A stretch of DNA of 41,650 nucleotides from a virus (IMGVR_UViG_3300017747_002967:1-41650), one strand, 5' to 3'; positions 1-9,832 are shown, counted from the stretch's first letter. Numbers and translations: made by a program. Notes: a model not told the origin generated them from the sequence alone.

Positions 1-72
1 CTCGAACCCGGGGGCTGACGTGGCGCTGACCTGCGATTGTTTGCAAAGAACACGGTTTCTGAGCGTCCGCTC

Positions 73-348
73 GTGAATGACCGGCAGCGCGCCGACCTCG
101 AGGCTCTCCGGGCGGATCTGTTCGAGGCGCTGGACTCGGCGGACGTCGCAGTGAAGGCGCAGATCGCCGGCCAGTTGCGAGCGGTCGTGAAGGACCTCGC
201 CGCGTTGGGGGAAGACGTGGGGGAGGTGTCTGTTGCCGACCAGCTCGCTGCTAAGCGCAAGGCTCGGGGCGCAGGTCCCGACGGTATTGCATCAGCCTCC
301 CGGCGTGGTCAGCCTCGCCGCGGCGGAGGACGCAATCGAACTGGCTGA
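73..348 (+). CDS. terS: terminase small subunit
   Basis: Short helical ORF (..IAGQLRAVVKDLAAL..VADQLAAKRKAR) of the actinophage TerS type, overlapping terL. GTG at 73 chosen; ORF track starts at 37. Confidence 0.75.
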   Translation: MNDRQRADLEALRADLFEALDSADVAVKAQIAGQLRAVVKDLAALGEDVGEVSVADQLAAKRKARGAGPDGIASASRRGQPRRGGGRNRTG

Positions 349-1696
349 CGCGTATGGGGTGTGTGACGGGTTCCCTTTGTCGGAGTCGCAGAAGATCACG
401 CTCCGGAACGGGCTCGGTGAACGGGCCGATGGTTCGTGGGCGGCGACCCGGATAGCGGACTTCGGTCCCCGTCAGGGCACCGGCAAAAACGACAAGATCG
501 CCGCTCGTGAGCTCGCCGGCCTGTTGCTGTTCGGTGAGCAGTTGATCATCCACACGGCGCACGAGTTCCCGACGGCGAACGAGTCGTTCCTGCGACTGGT
601 GGCGGTGTTCGAGAACTGGGACGACCTCCGCAAGAAGGTCGCCCGGATCAGGTACGCGAACGGCGAGCAGGGCATCGAGCTCTTGTCGGGGCAGCGGTTG
701 AAGTACCGGGCTCGGACGGGCGGGTCGGGTCGTGGCTTCGCGAAAGCGGACCTCGTGGTCTATGACGAGGCGCAGCACCTGGCGCGCGAGCATGTCGCTG
801 CGTCGGGTCCGGCGAAGATGGCGAACCCGAACAGCCAGACGTGGTATGCGGGCTCGGGTGGGTTGGCTTCGTCGCATGTGGCGTGGTCGATCCGACGGCA
901 GGCGATCCTCGGCGACGGTGGCCGGTTGGCGTACACGGAGATGACCGGCGAGCAGATCGCTGTGGTTGACGGCAGGATCGTGGCGACGACTCCCGATCCG
1001 TCTGACCGCGAGGTGTGGTATCGGTGCATCCCCGGTCTCGGCCGGTGGGTGACCGAGGAAGCGGTCGAAGCGCTCCAAGACGAACTCAAGGATCTGTTCC
1101 CCCGCGAGATCCTGTGCGTGTGGGAACCCGAACCGGGGTCCGATGCGTCGGTGTTCCCCGCCGGGGTGTGGGAACTCGTGTGCTCGGACATCCCGCAGCC
1201 TGACGGTGCGGTCGTGTTCGCAGTTGACGTGAACCCGGAGCGGACGTCGGCTGCGCTAGCGGTTGCTTCTGGCCGGGTTTGCGGGCTCGTGGACGCCCGC
1301 CCGGGTGTCGGGTGGGTGGTCGATGAGGCGATACGGGTAGCGAAGGCCCACAACGCTCCTGTGGTGGTCCCTGCTACGGGTGCTGCGGCGTCATTGATCC
1401 CCGATCTGGAACGTGCCGGGGTCGAAGTGGTCCCGTTGCCGTTGAAGTCGATGGTCGCTGCGTGCGGCGAGTTCTACGACGCGGTCGTCGAAGCGAAGAT
1501 CGCGGTGAAGCGGAACTCGGTCCTGGATGCTGCGGTCGCGTCGGCGACGAAGCGTGTGTCGGGCGATGCGTGGATCTGGGACCGGCGCGCCGGGGACGTG
1601 TGCGCGCTGGTCGCGGTGACGTGCGCTGCGTACGCCGCGCAGAACGGCGACGGCCCGTCGAAGTACGAGACGGCAGGGATGCGGGTGTTGGGGTGA
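233..1696 (+). CDS. terL: terminase large subunit
   Basis: Walker A-like PRQGTGKN, HTAHEF, GSGRGF, Walker B VVYDEAQ, RNase H-like FAVDVNPER nuclease domain. Confidence 0.93.
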   Translation: MPTSSLLSARLGAQVPTVLHQPPGVVSLAAAEDAIELADAYGVCDGFPLSESQKITLRNGLGERADGSWAATRIADFGPRQGTGKNDKIAARELAGLLLFGEQLIIHTAHEFPTANESFLRLVAVFENWDDLRKKVARIRYANGEQGIELLSGQRLKYRARTGGSGRGFAKADLVVYDEAQHLAREHVAASGPAKMANPNSQTWYAGSGGLASSHVAWSIRRQAILGDGGRLAYTEMTGEQIAVVDGRIVATTPDPSDREVWYRCIPGLGRWVTEEAVEALQDELKDLFPREILCVWEPEPGSDASVFPAGVWELVCSDIPQPDGAVVFAVDVNPERTSAALAVASGRVCGLVDARPGVGWVVDEAIRVAKAHNAPVVVPATGAAASLIPDLERAGVEVVPLPLKSMVAACGEFYDAVVEAKIAVKRNSVLDAAVASATKRVSGDAWIWDRRAGDVCALVAVTCAAYAAQNGDGPSKYETAGMRVLG

Positions 1697-1908
1697 GACG
1701 GATTCTGCGGCAACGCAAGTTCAAGAAAGTGATCGTCTCGCTCGACACGGGCGAGGCGTTCTCGGGGTTGTTGTTCGACAAGGACCGCGAAGCGTTGGTG
1801 TTGCGGTCTGCGGGGGTGCTCGATCCTCGAGCGGATACTCAGTTCACTCCCGCTGATGGGGAACTCGTCCTGCCTTGGGCGAGGGTAACCACTGTGCAAT
1901 TCCCCTGA
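1693..1908 (+). CDS. Sm/LSm-like small protein (putative RNA-binding)
   Basis: GTG overlaps terL stop (GTGA). KKVIVSLDTGEAFSGLLFDKDREALVL..GELVLPWARVTTVQ follows the Sm1/Sm2 pattern. Confidence 0.65.
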   Translation: MRRILRQRKFKKVIVSLDTGEAFSGLLFDKDREALVLRSAGVLDPRADTQFTPADGELVLPWARVTTVQFP

Positions 1909-1919
1909 TCGGAGGGCCG

Positions 1920-3362
1920 ATGCTTGTTTCTGGCGGCTCTCTCGTCGTGACCAAACGCCCCGACATTCTGACGTGGCGTGGCCGCACAGATCAGATCACG
2001 GGTGCGGTGGCGGAGATCCTCGGCGGGTGGACGTCGTATGCGGCGTTGTATGAGCGGCAGCCGTGGATCAACGCTGCGGTGAAGAAGCTCGCGTCGGCCA
2101 CCGGCCGGTTGCCGTTGAAGACGTATCAGCGGACCGCTACCGGTCGCGACGACGCGCGTGACACGCCGTACGGGCAACTGTTGCGCCGGCCGAACAAGCG
2201 GATCGACCCGGTCACGTTGTGGCGGTGGGTGTCGTCCACAGAAGACATCTTCGGCGAGTCGTTTCTCGGGAAGGTCCGTGACGCCGGCGGTCGTCCGGTG
2301 GAGCTCGTCCCGCTGCACCCGACGTGGATGCACTACGACACCTCCGACCAGCAATGGTCGGTGGATGACGGGAAACGCCGGTTCAAGATCGACCGCCGCG
2401 ACTTCATCCACTTCCGGTACTACTCCCCGAACAGTGTCCGTGGCCTGTCACCGCTCGAACCGTTGCGGTCCACATTGGAGAACGAGGAAGGCGCACGTCG
2501 CGCGAACAGTGCGATGTGGCGCAACGGGGGACGCCCGTCGGTGGTCCTGTCCCACCCCCGCACCTTGTCGGACCCGGCGGCGGAACGTATCGCAGCGTCG
2601 TGGGCTGACATCCACGGTGGGGTCGACAACTGGGCGAAAGCAGCGGTTCTCGAAGAGGGCCTGACGGCGACCGTGTTGCCGTTGAACGTCGAAGAGTTGC
2701 AGTACATCGAAGCCCGGAAACTGAACCGGGAAGAGGTGTGCGGGGTGTACGACATCCCGCCGCCTGTCCTGCACATCCTCGACCGGGCAACTTTCAGCAA
2801 TATCACCGAGCAGTTGCGGTCGATGTATCGGGACACGATGGCGCCTCGCATCGGTGCGATCGAGTCGACGCTCGAGCACGAGCTACGCGACGGCCGCATG
2901 GGCGCCAACACCGAACCCGACTTCCCCGACAACGTGTACGCCGAATTCCTGATGGACGAGGTGTTGCGCGGCGACTTCGAGGTCCGGGTGAACGCGTGGG
3001 CGACCGCGATCAACACCGGCCAGGTCACCCCGGACGAGGCGCGACGCGCGGAGAACCGTCCGTTCGTCGAAGGTTCCGACAAGCTCCTGATCAACGCCGC
3101 GCTGGTCCCGGTCGGGATGATCGGACAGCAACCCGAACCGGCCCCGGAACGGGCGGCTCCGCTCGCACTCGAAGCCCCGAAGACGATCGACCTCCGGTCG
3201 TTGATGGGTCGCCTGTCGCGCGCCAAGACCCTCAACGACATCGACCCCACCGCCATCGCCGCGCACGGCGCAGCCATTTTGGCGGAACTTGACGACGCAC
3301 GATCCAAGGGCGAAACGCTCGACCAGTTCAAAGCCCGCCTGCGGGCGCTCACGGAGGCGTGA
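1920..3362 (+). CDS. portal protein (HK97 family)
   Basis: RBS GGAGGG before ATG 1920; LHP, IHFR, GLSPL, GVYDIPP, TFSNITEQ, TPDEAR motifs. Confidence 0.93.
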   Translation: MLVSGGSLVVTKRPDILTWRGRTDQITGAVAEILGGWTSYAALYERQPWINAAVKKLASATGRLPLKTYQRTATGRDDARDTPYGQLLRRPNKRIDPVTLWRWVSSTEDIFGESFLGKVRDAGGRPVELVPLHPTWMHYDTSDQQWSVDDGKRRFKIDRRDFIHFRYYSPNSVRGLSPLEPLRSTLENEEGARRANSAMWRNGGRPSVVLSHPRTLSDPAAERIAASWADIHGGVDNWAKAAVLEEGLTATVLPLNVEELQYIEARKLNREEVCGVYDIPPPVLHILDRATFSNITEQLRSMYRDTMAPRIGAIESTLEHELRDGRMGANTEPDFPDNVYAEFLMDEVLRGDFEVRVNAWATAINTGQVTPDEARRAENRPFVEGSDKLLINAALVPVGMIGQQPEPAPERAAPLALEAPKTIDLRSLMGRLSRAKTLNDIDPTAIAAHGAAILAELDDARSKGETLDQFKARLRALTEA

Positions 3363-4057
3363 TGCACACCAAGACATTGATCGGTGAGATCAAGGCCACC
3401 AAAGGCGACGGGCCAGGTTCGTTCGAAGCAATCCTGTCGATGCCGACCGTGGACCGTGACGGCGAAGTGCTCGACGCGCACGCGTTCGAACCGCTCCCGA
3501 AGCGCATCCCGATCGACGTCGACCACGGTGTCGGCACGGAGAAGACCGTCGGGTCCGGTGTCCCGTATTACGAAGACGGGATCTTGAAGATCAAGGGCAC
3601 GTTCGCCTCGACCCCGCTCGGGCAGGAGACGCGTGCACTCGTCACCGAAGGCCACGTCGGGTTCATGTCGGTGATGTACATGAACGCTGTGTACGAGGTC
3701 GACGAGAAGGACGGCCTCCCGCACCTCCGCAAGGGTGAGCTGTTGAACGCGGCGATCACCCCGGTCCCCAGCAACCGCCAGGCAGCGATCACCGCTGCGA
3801 AGTCGCATGAGAAGGCCGGCGCGCGTCACTCATCGAAGGACGCCGAACGCATCCAGTCGATCTTCGATCACGTCGTGCAACTTGGCGCAATTTGCCCAGG
3901 TTGCGCCGAGAAGTCCGCTCCGCAAGGAACGGCTAAGTCCGCAGACACAGACCCCGAGCCCGCCGCCGCACCCGCCGCCGCAGCTCCGGCCGAAGTGGAC
4001 GTGGCAAGGGGCCTCGCAGCGCACGCGCTCGCAATGGCCGAACTCGCTCTCACGTAG
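3359..4057 (+). CDS. capsid maturation (prohead) protease
   Basis: DRDGEV, DVDH, FMSV, PVPSN motifs; located between portal and capsid. Confidence 0.85.
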   Translation: MMHTKTLIGEIKATKGDGPGSFEAILSMPTVDRDGEVLDAHAFEPLPKRIPIDVDHGVGTEKTVGSGVPYYEDGILKIKGTFASTPLGQETRALVTEGHVGFMSVMYMNAVYEVDEKDGLPHLRKGELLNAAITPVPSNRQAAITAAKSHEKAGARHSSKDAERIQSIFDHVVQLGAICPGCAEKSAPQGTAKSADTDPEPAAAPAAAAPAEVDVARGLAAHALAMAELALT

Positions 4058-4130
4058 AGCACCAACCCCCCCCCACATCCCCACCGACCGAGCCCCTCGA
4101 GGGCTGGTTGTCGCGCCCCAGGAGGGCCAA

Positions 4131-5435
4131 ATGTCTACCCAACTCCGTGACCGCATCGAGCACGAGAAGGCTGCGCTCCAGGCGTTCGCCGACGGCCTCG
4201 ACGCCAAAGACGGCGGCCCGTCCGCCGAAGACTCCGCGCAACTCGCACAGCGCGCCGTCGCACTCAAGCAGATGGTCGCCGACCTCAAGGCCGCGAACGA
4301 AGCTCGCTCTGCGCTGACCGACACGTCGTCGTTCCTGAAGGACATCAGCGAGGCCGGCCCGTCCGTCCTCAAGTCCGCAGCCGACGTCGAGCGCACCCCC
4401 GACGGTCGCATCGCGAACCCGCAGGGCAAGACCCTCGGCGAGATTTTCGCCGAGTCCGCCCAGTTCAAGAACGCTGCGCCGCGCAGCTCCACCGGTGAGA
4501 TCCCCGCCGGCGTCCAGTTCCGCTCGGACCCATTCAACATCCCGTCGATGAAGGCGCTGATCACCGGCGCCTCCGCGACGTCGGCCGGTGCAGCGGTCCG
4601 CAACGACCTGTACCTCCCGATCACCGACCTCGTCGGCGAACGCCCCCTGCGTGTGTACGACCTCGTCACGAAGGGTTCGACCACGTCGGACACCATCGAG
4701 TACGTCCGTGTCACCGGCAAGACCAACTCGGCCGCCCCGGCCGCTGAGACCACGAACGTCACGTCGTCGGCGATCAAGGCCGAGTCCGGCATGGCGCTCG
4801 AGGTCGTGTCGACCACCGTGAAGACGTTGGCGCACTGGATCCCGATCACCCGCCGCGCGATGAACGACGCCGGCCAGGTCCGCACCCTCGTCGACAACTT
4901 CCTCCGCTACGGCCTCGAGGAAGAACTCGAAGACCAGATGGTCGCCGGGTCCGGCTCGGGCGAGAACTTCCAGGGCATCATCGGCGCCTCCGGCGTCCAG
5001 ACCCAGGACGCCACCACCGGCGGCGGCGGCTCCGCCATCGACGCCGTCCTCCTCGCGATGGCGAAGGTCCGTTGGACCGGCTACCGCGAACCGACCGCGC
5101 TCGTCGTCCACCCGAACGACTGGTACTCGACCACGTTCCTCCTGAAGAAGGACTCGGAGAACCGGTACCTCGTCGGTGACCCGCGCATGTCGGCCGATCA
5201 GCTCAACATGCTGTGGGGCCTCCGTGTCGTCGTGTCCCCGGCAGCGACCGAGAACCAGGCCATCGTCGGCGACTTCCGCCAGGCGATCCTGTGGGAACGG
5301 TCCGGCGTGAACCTGTACGTCACCGACGCCCACTCGGACTTCTTCGTCCGGAACGTGTTCGTGATCCTCGCCGAGATGGAAGCAGCGTTCGGGATCCTCG
5401 ATCCCCAGGCGTTCTGCCTCGTCAACAACGTGTGA
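4131..5435 (+). CDS. major capsid protein (HK97 fold, N-terminal delta domain)
   Basis: RBS AGGAGG; coiled-coil N-terminus; TLAHWIPITR, VVHPNDW, LWGLRVV, GDF, HSDFFVRN motifs. Confidence 0.95.
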   Translation: MSTQLRDRIEHEKAALQAFADGLDAKDGGPSAEDSAQLAQRAVALKQMVADLKAANEARSALTDTSSFLKDISEAGPSVLKSAADVERTPDGRIANPQGKTLGEIFAESAQFKNAAPRSSTGEIPAGVQFRSDPFNIPSMKALITGASATSAGAAVRNDLYLPITDLVGERPLRVYDLVTKGSTTSDTIEYVRVTGKTNSAAPAAETTNVTSSAIKAESGMALEVVSTTVKTLAHWIPITRRAMNDAGQVRTLVDNFLRYGLEEELEDQMVAGSGSGENFQGIIGASGVQTQDATTGGGGSAIDAVLLAMAKVRWTGYREPTALVVHPNDWYSTTFLLKKDSENRYLVGDPRMSADQLNMLWGLRVVVSPAATENQAIVGDFRQAILWERSGVNLYVTDAHSDFFVRNVFVILAEMEAAFGILDPQAFCLVNNV

Positions 5436-5483
5436 GTTGTTCCCTGCCGCCGTCCCGTCGGGTGTGGCGGCGGCAGGGGCAAC
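5436..5483 (+). terminator. GC-rich hairpin after capsid gene (terminator/stabiliser)
   Basis: GTTGTTCCCTGCCGCCGTC pairs with GGCGGCGGCAGGGGCAAC; no U-tract. Confidence 0.55.
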
Positions 5484-5509
5484 ACCCGACCACACCCGTG
5501 GGGGCAACC

Positions 5510-5629
5510 ATGCAAGACGAAACCAGTGAGTCAGCCGCGCCCGAGCAGGAACCGCCAGCGGCACGCCGTCGGCGTTCGTTCCGTGAGTTCCTGATCTCGA
5601 AACCGGCACCGAAGGGCGACGCGAAGTGA
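5510..5629 (+). CDS. small protein (39 aa)
   Basis: ATG 5510 after GGGGG; stop overlaps GTG of the next gene. Confidence 0.5.
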   Translation: MQDETSESAAPEQEPPAARRRRSFREFLISKPAPKGDAK

Positions 5630-7005
5630 GTGTCGCGATCGGGTACGTGTTCGACGACGAGCTCGCAGCGTCGTTCCATCAGTCGTTGTTCGAGTTGCTC
5701 GAGTGGGACCGCCAGAAGTACGACCCGAACCCTGCGTTCAACCGGTCGCACATCGGACGGAGCCCGATCCTCGGTCAGCGGTACGGCACCGATGGTTTGG
5801 TGACGGCCCGGAACGAGGTCGTGAAGCGGTTCTTGAAGTCGGACGCCGAGTGGTTGTTCTGGCTCGACACCGACATGGGGTTCCGGTTCGATGTCCTCGA
5901 CCGGCTCCTGTCTGTGGCCGACAAGGACGAGCGTCCGATCGTCGGCGGGTTGTGCTTCATGCAGTCGCACACCGCACAGGACGGTATGGGCGGGTTCCGG
6001 TGCTATCCGCAGCCGACGATCTTCGACTGGTTCGAAGGGTTCGGGCAGCGGTTCTTGCAGTCACGCAAGACGTACCCGGTGAACGCATTGGTTCCGTGCG
6101 ACGGGACCGGCTCGGCGTGCGTGGTGATCCACCGCTCCGTGTTCGAGAAGGTCAAAGCCGAGCACGGGCCACGGTGGTATGACCGGGTCACGAACGACTC
6201 AACCGGGGCTCTCGTGTCCGAGGATCTGTCGTTCTGCATCAAGGCCGACGTCCCGGTGCACGTGTACACCGCAGCGAAGACCAGCCACTTGAAGCACCTG
6301 TGGTTGTCGGAAGAGGACTACTGGCAGGCGTATCTGGCGCCGCCGGCGGACGAACCGGTAGCGGTGATCGTCCCCGTCATGGAACGCCCGGAAGCTGCGG
6401 CACGGTTCATGCGTTCGCTTCGAGCGACGACCGGCCTCGCGACCGTGTACGCGGTGTGTGATGCGCCGGATCACGACACGCAGATCGCGTGGAAAGAAGC
6501 CGGCGCGCAGGTCCTGATCTCGGAGCGTGGGTTCACGTTCGCTCAGAAGTCCAACGACGGCGTCTTGCGCACCGACGAGCCGAATCTGATCTTCGTCGGT
6601 GACGACGTCCACTTCCATCCCGGCTGGTACGACCAAGCACTGAACGTCATGAAAACCGAAGGCGTGTCGGTGGTCGGTACGGACGACCTCGGAAACGCCG
6701 CCGTGCGGGCCGGTGAGCACGCTACGCACCCGTTGGTGCGCCGCTCCTACATCATGGAGCAGGGCGGCTCGTGGGACGGCCCAGGGACCATGTGCCATGA
6801 GGGCTACGGGCACTGGTACGTCGACAACGAGTGGACGACGGTAGCGAAGCAGCGCGGCCAGTTCGGTTTCGCGCTCGGAGCCGTCGTCGAACACCTCCAC
6901 CCACTGTGGGGTAAGGCTCCGAACGACGCGACGTATGAGCGTGGGAAGCGTTCCACGGACTCCGACCGGAAACTGTGGGAGCGTCGGTTGAGGGCGAACC
7001 GATGA
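5626..7005 (+). CDS. two-domain glycosyltransferase (GT-A x2)
   Basis: Domain 1: ARN, WLDTDM (DxD), GTGSACVVIHRSVF, SEDLSFC. Domain 2: VIVPV, FVGDDVHF, WYVDNE, EHLHP. Confidence 0.85.
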   Translation: MSVAIGYVFDDELAASFHQSLFELLEWDRQKYDPNPAFNRSHIGRSPILGQRYGTDGLVTARNEVVKRFLKSDAEWLFWLDTDMGFRFDVLDRLLSVADKDERPIVGGLCFMQSHTAQDGMGGFRCYPQPTIFDWFEGFGQRFLQSRKTYPVNALVPCDGTGSACVVIHRSVFEKVKAEHGPRWYDRVTNDSTGALVSEDLSFCIKADVPVHVYTAAKTSHLKHLWLSEEDYWQAYLAPPADEPVAVIVPVMERPEAAARFMRSLRATTGLATVYAVCDAPDHDTQIAWKEAGAQVLISERGFTFAQKSNDGVLRTDEPNLIFVGDDVHFHPGWYDQALNVMKTEGVSVVGTDDLGNAAVRAGEHATHPLVRRSYIMEQGGSWDGPGTMCHEGYGHWYVDNEWTTVAKQRGQFGFALGAVVEHLHPLWGKAPNDATYERGKRSTDSDRKLWERRLRANR

Positions 7006-7592
7006 TCGGCGCCGTGTTCATCTCGGACCGGGCTGACCTGTACCTGGCGGATTGTGTGGCGTCGTTCCAGGAAATGAACGCAGCGTCCGGCGTGCCGACG
7101 TACACGGTCGACGACCGAGCCCACCGTCTCGGTATGGCGGGTGCGGTGCGTGAGGCGTGGTCGTGGGCGCTCGACAACGACTTCGACTACCTGCTCCACA
7201 TCGAAGAGGACTTCCGGTTCCACCGCCTCCCACTCAAGGGCATGCAACGGATACTCGAGACGCAACCGCACCTCGCACAGGTCGTCTTGAAGCGGCAGCC
7301 TTGGTCGATCGAGGAACGCGCCGCCGGCGGGATCATCGAACGCCACCCCGGGGACTACACCCAGCACTCCGACGGCGAACTGTTGTGGGTGGAACACGAA
7401 CGGATCTTCTCGCTGAACCCGACGCTGATCCCGAAGAAGATCCTGCAACTCGGGTGGCCTGATTCGAACGAAGCAGGAATGACACAACGGTGCCTGATGG
7501 CCGGTTACCGGTTCGCCTTCTACGGGCACCGCCAGGACCCGCCCCGGGTCGAACACGTAGGAAGTGTTCGCGGTGAGGGGTGGCGGCTATGA
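7002..7592 (+). CDS. glycosyltransferase (GT-A)
   Basis: FDYLLHIEEDFRF, SLNP, VEHVG motifs; ATGA overlap with upstream gene. Confidence 0.72.
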   Translation: MIGAVFISDRADLYLADCVASFQEMNAASGVPTYTVDDRAHRLGMAGAVREAWSWALDNDFDYLLHIEEDFRFHRLPLKGMQRILETQPHLAQVVLKRQPWSIEERAAGGIIERHPGDYTQHSDGELLWVEHERIFSLNPTLIPKKILQLGWPDSNEAGMTQRCLMAGYRFAFYGHRQDPPRVEHVGSVRGEGWRL

Positions 7593-8080
7593 AAGCGGTC
7601 CTGGGGGCAGGGCCGCACGGACGCCAGATCGCAGCAGACCTGAACATCCGCTGGTTGTACGACGACCATCTCCCGGGATACGAGCCCTGCCACATCGGCG
7701 CCGACCTGTACTCGCAGTGGATAGCGGGACCGTTGTGGCCCGACATCCGGCGTGGGCTCGTCGAGAAGGTCGGCCGCAAAGTCCGTGGCGTGTACGTCGC
7801 ACCGTCTGCTGTCATCGGGATCGACGTCGAGTTCGCCGATCACGTGCACATCCTGTCCGGTGCGATCGTCAGCCACGGTTGCCGCATCGGGGCGTTCTCC
7901 ACGATCGCGACGGGGGCGATCCTGTGCGGCGAAGTCGAAGTCGGCGAAGGTGCGTTCATCGGCGCCGGCGCGAAGATCGCACACGGCGGCATCAAGATCG
8001 GGGCCGGTGCCTTTGTCTGTATGGGGGCGAACGTGTCGCGCGACGTCGCCCCAGGCGAGCGGGTCCCATGTTCGAAGTAG
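7589..8080 (+). CDS. hexapeptide-repeat sugar acetyltransferase (NeuD/PglD-like)
   Basis: N-terminal LGAGPHG; left-handed beta-helix repeats (IGAFSTIATGAILCGEVEVGEGAFIGAGA); VSHGC at the catalytic His position. Confidence 0.85.
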   Translation: MKAVLGAGPHGRQIAADLNIRWLYDDHLPGYEPCHIGADLYSQWIAGPLWPDIRRGLVEKVGRKVRGVYVAPSAVIGIDVEFADHVHILSGAIVSHGCRIGAFSTIATGAILCGEVEVGEGAFIGAGAKIAHGGIKIGAGAFVCMGANVSRDVAPGERVPCSK

Positions 8081-8643
8081 GCGAAGCTGCGAAGGGATGG
8101 TTGAACCCCGGCGAAGGCGAACATCTCTACGCCCGGGCGGGACAGTGCGATGGGCCGTTCGTGGAGATCGGCGGCTACTGCGGCAAGTCGGCCTGCTACA
8201 TCGGAGCGGCAGCGCGCGACGTCGACACGGTGTTGTTCTCGGTGGACTGGCATCGCGGCTCGCCGGAGATGGCCCCAGGCCAGAACTGCCACGACCCCGA
8301 CATGGTCGGGTTGGACGGGGTGTTCGACACGCTCCCGCACTTCCGGCGCACCATCCGAGCCGCAGGCCTCGAGGGGCACGTGATCCCGATCGCCGGGTCG
8401 TCACACATCGTCGGCCAGCACTGGAACACCCCGATCGGGTTCTTGTTCATCGACGGCGCACACGACGGGCAGGGCGTCATGGCCGACTACGAACTGTGGG
8501 CGCCGCACGTCATGCCAGGCGGGTACCTCGTGTTCCACGACCAGTTCATCCCCGGTATCAAACGTGCAGGTGACCGCGCCGCCGACGAAGGGTTCGACGA
8601 AGTGTGGACGTGGGCCGATCTCCGGTTCCTGGTGCGGGCATGA
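8068..8643 (+). CDS. class I SAM-dependent methyltransferase (Methyltransf_24-like)
   Basis: GWL, VEIGGYCGKS, FLFIDGAH, PGGYLVFHD. Confidence 0.88.
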   Translation: MFEVGEAAKGWLNPGEGEHLYARAGQCDGPFVEIGGYCGKSACYIGAAARDVDTVLFSVDWHRGSPEMAPGQNCHDPDMVGLDGVFDTLPHFRRTIRAAGLEGHVIPIAGSSHIVGQHWNTPIGFLFIDGAHDGQGVMADYELWAPHVMPGGYLVFHDQFIPGIKRAGDRAADEGFDEVWTWADLRFLVRA

Positions 8644-9293
8644 TCGCCGTCTCGATGGTCCGCGACGAGGCGGACGTGATCCGGGAAACGGTCGAGATCC
8701 TGCTGCTGCAAGGCGCGCGGGTCGTCGTGTCCGACAACCGTTCGGTGGACGGGACACGTGACCGGCTCGCCGGGCTACCGGTGACGCTCATCCAAGACCA
8801 TGACCCGGCGTACAACCAGTCAGCGAAAATGACCCGACTCGCTTCGATCTTCGCTACCGAAGGCGAATGGGTGATCCCGTTTGACGCCGACGAGCATTGG
8901 CACGGCGTCGACGAGCTTGACAAGTACCCGGACTTCGACCAGGCGCACGCTCGGCCGCATGTCCACATCGGCGCCGGCCACATCGGCCCGGAGCCGTTCC
9001 CGAAAGTGGCGTTCCGGTGGAAGCCCGGAGCGGTGATCGAGATGGGCAACCACGGCGTCACCGGCGCAGGGCACCGCATCCTCCATGACGTTCTCGAGGT
9101 GTGCCACTTCCAATACCGGTCGCTCGAGCAGGTCCGCCGCAAGGTCCGTAACGGGGTCGAGGCGTACAACCACACCACCATGCCTGCGTCGTTCGGGTCG
9201 CATTGGCGCCAGTTGGCTGCCCTAAGCGATCAGGATCTTGAGGCGTGGTGGTTGCAGTACAGCACGAGGGAGACGCAACCATGCCGTCTGTAG
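8640..9293 (+). CDS. glycosyltransferase family 2-like
   Basis: VSMVRDEADVI, SDNRSVDGT, WVIPFDADE, HFQYRS. Confidence 0.85.
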   Translation: MIAVSMVRDEADVIRETVEILLLQGARVVVSDNRSVDGTRDRLAGLPVTLIQDHDPAYNQSAKMTRLASIFATEGEWVIPFDADEHWHGVDELDKYPDFDQAHARPHVHIGAGHIGPEPFPKVAFRWKPGAVIEMGNHGVTGAGHRILHDVLEVCHFQYRSLEQVRRKVRNGVEAYNHTTMPASFGSHWRQLAALSDQDLEAWWLQYSTRETQPCRL

Positions 9294-9832
9294 CGGCTGT
9301 GGTGTCGAGCCTCCCGACCAAGGAACGGCAACCGTTGCTGTTCGAAGCGATCCAGTCGGTGTGGGACCAGACCCGCCCACCCGACGATCTGGTGATCGGC
9401 GCCGACTTCTCCCGTCTCGGCGAGGTCGACAACATGAACCGGCTGATCCGCTCCACCTCGTGTGAGTGGCTGGCGTTCCTCCACGACGACGACCTGTGGT
9501 GGCCCGACCATCTCGCGGTGTGCGAGAAACACTTCGACGACGCCGACGTGGTGGTGTCCCGGTTCGAGCTCGTCGGCCGTACCAACATCGAGCCGTGGCA
9601 CGACAACTTCCACGACCTGATGTGGACGAACTGGATCGGGTCTCCGTCGATGGTCGTCGTACGCAAGTCGGTGTTCGGTGAGTGGTGCCGGCCCGACGGG
9701 TGGGGCACACAGTGGAACGACTTGGCGAACTGGCGGCGGCTCTTGGACAAGGGAGCACGGTTCGTTGACACGAAGCAAGTGACGACGTCGTACCGGTTCG
9801 GTGCGTGGGGCAACGGGAGCTGGCAGGCATGA
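9281..9832 (+). CDS. glycosyltransferase family 2
   Basis: AIQSVWDQT, WLAFLHDDDLWWPDHL, T..YR motifs. Confidence 0.82.
   Translation: MPSVAAVVSSLPTKERQPLLFEAIQSVWDQTRPPDDLVIGADFSRLGEVDNMNRLIRSTSCEWLAFLHDDDLWWPDHLAVCEKHFDDADVVVSRFELVGRTNIEPWHDNFHDLMWTNWIGSPSMVVVRKSVFGEWCRPDGWGTQWNDLANWRRLLDKGARFVDTKQVTTSYRFGAWGNGSWQA

Noticed and set aside
251-5609. Long minus-strand ORFs (e.g. 2420-3829, 4050-5609) and similar ones elsewhere
   Set aside because: Shadow ORFs antisense to well-supported genes in high-GC DNA; no motifs or RBS.
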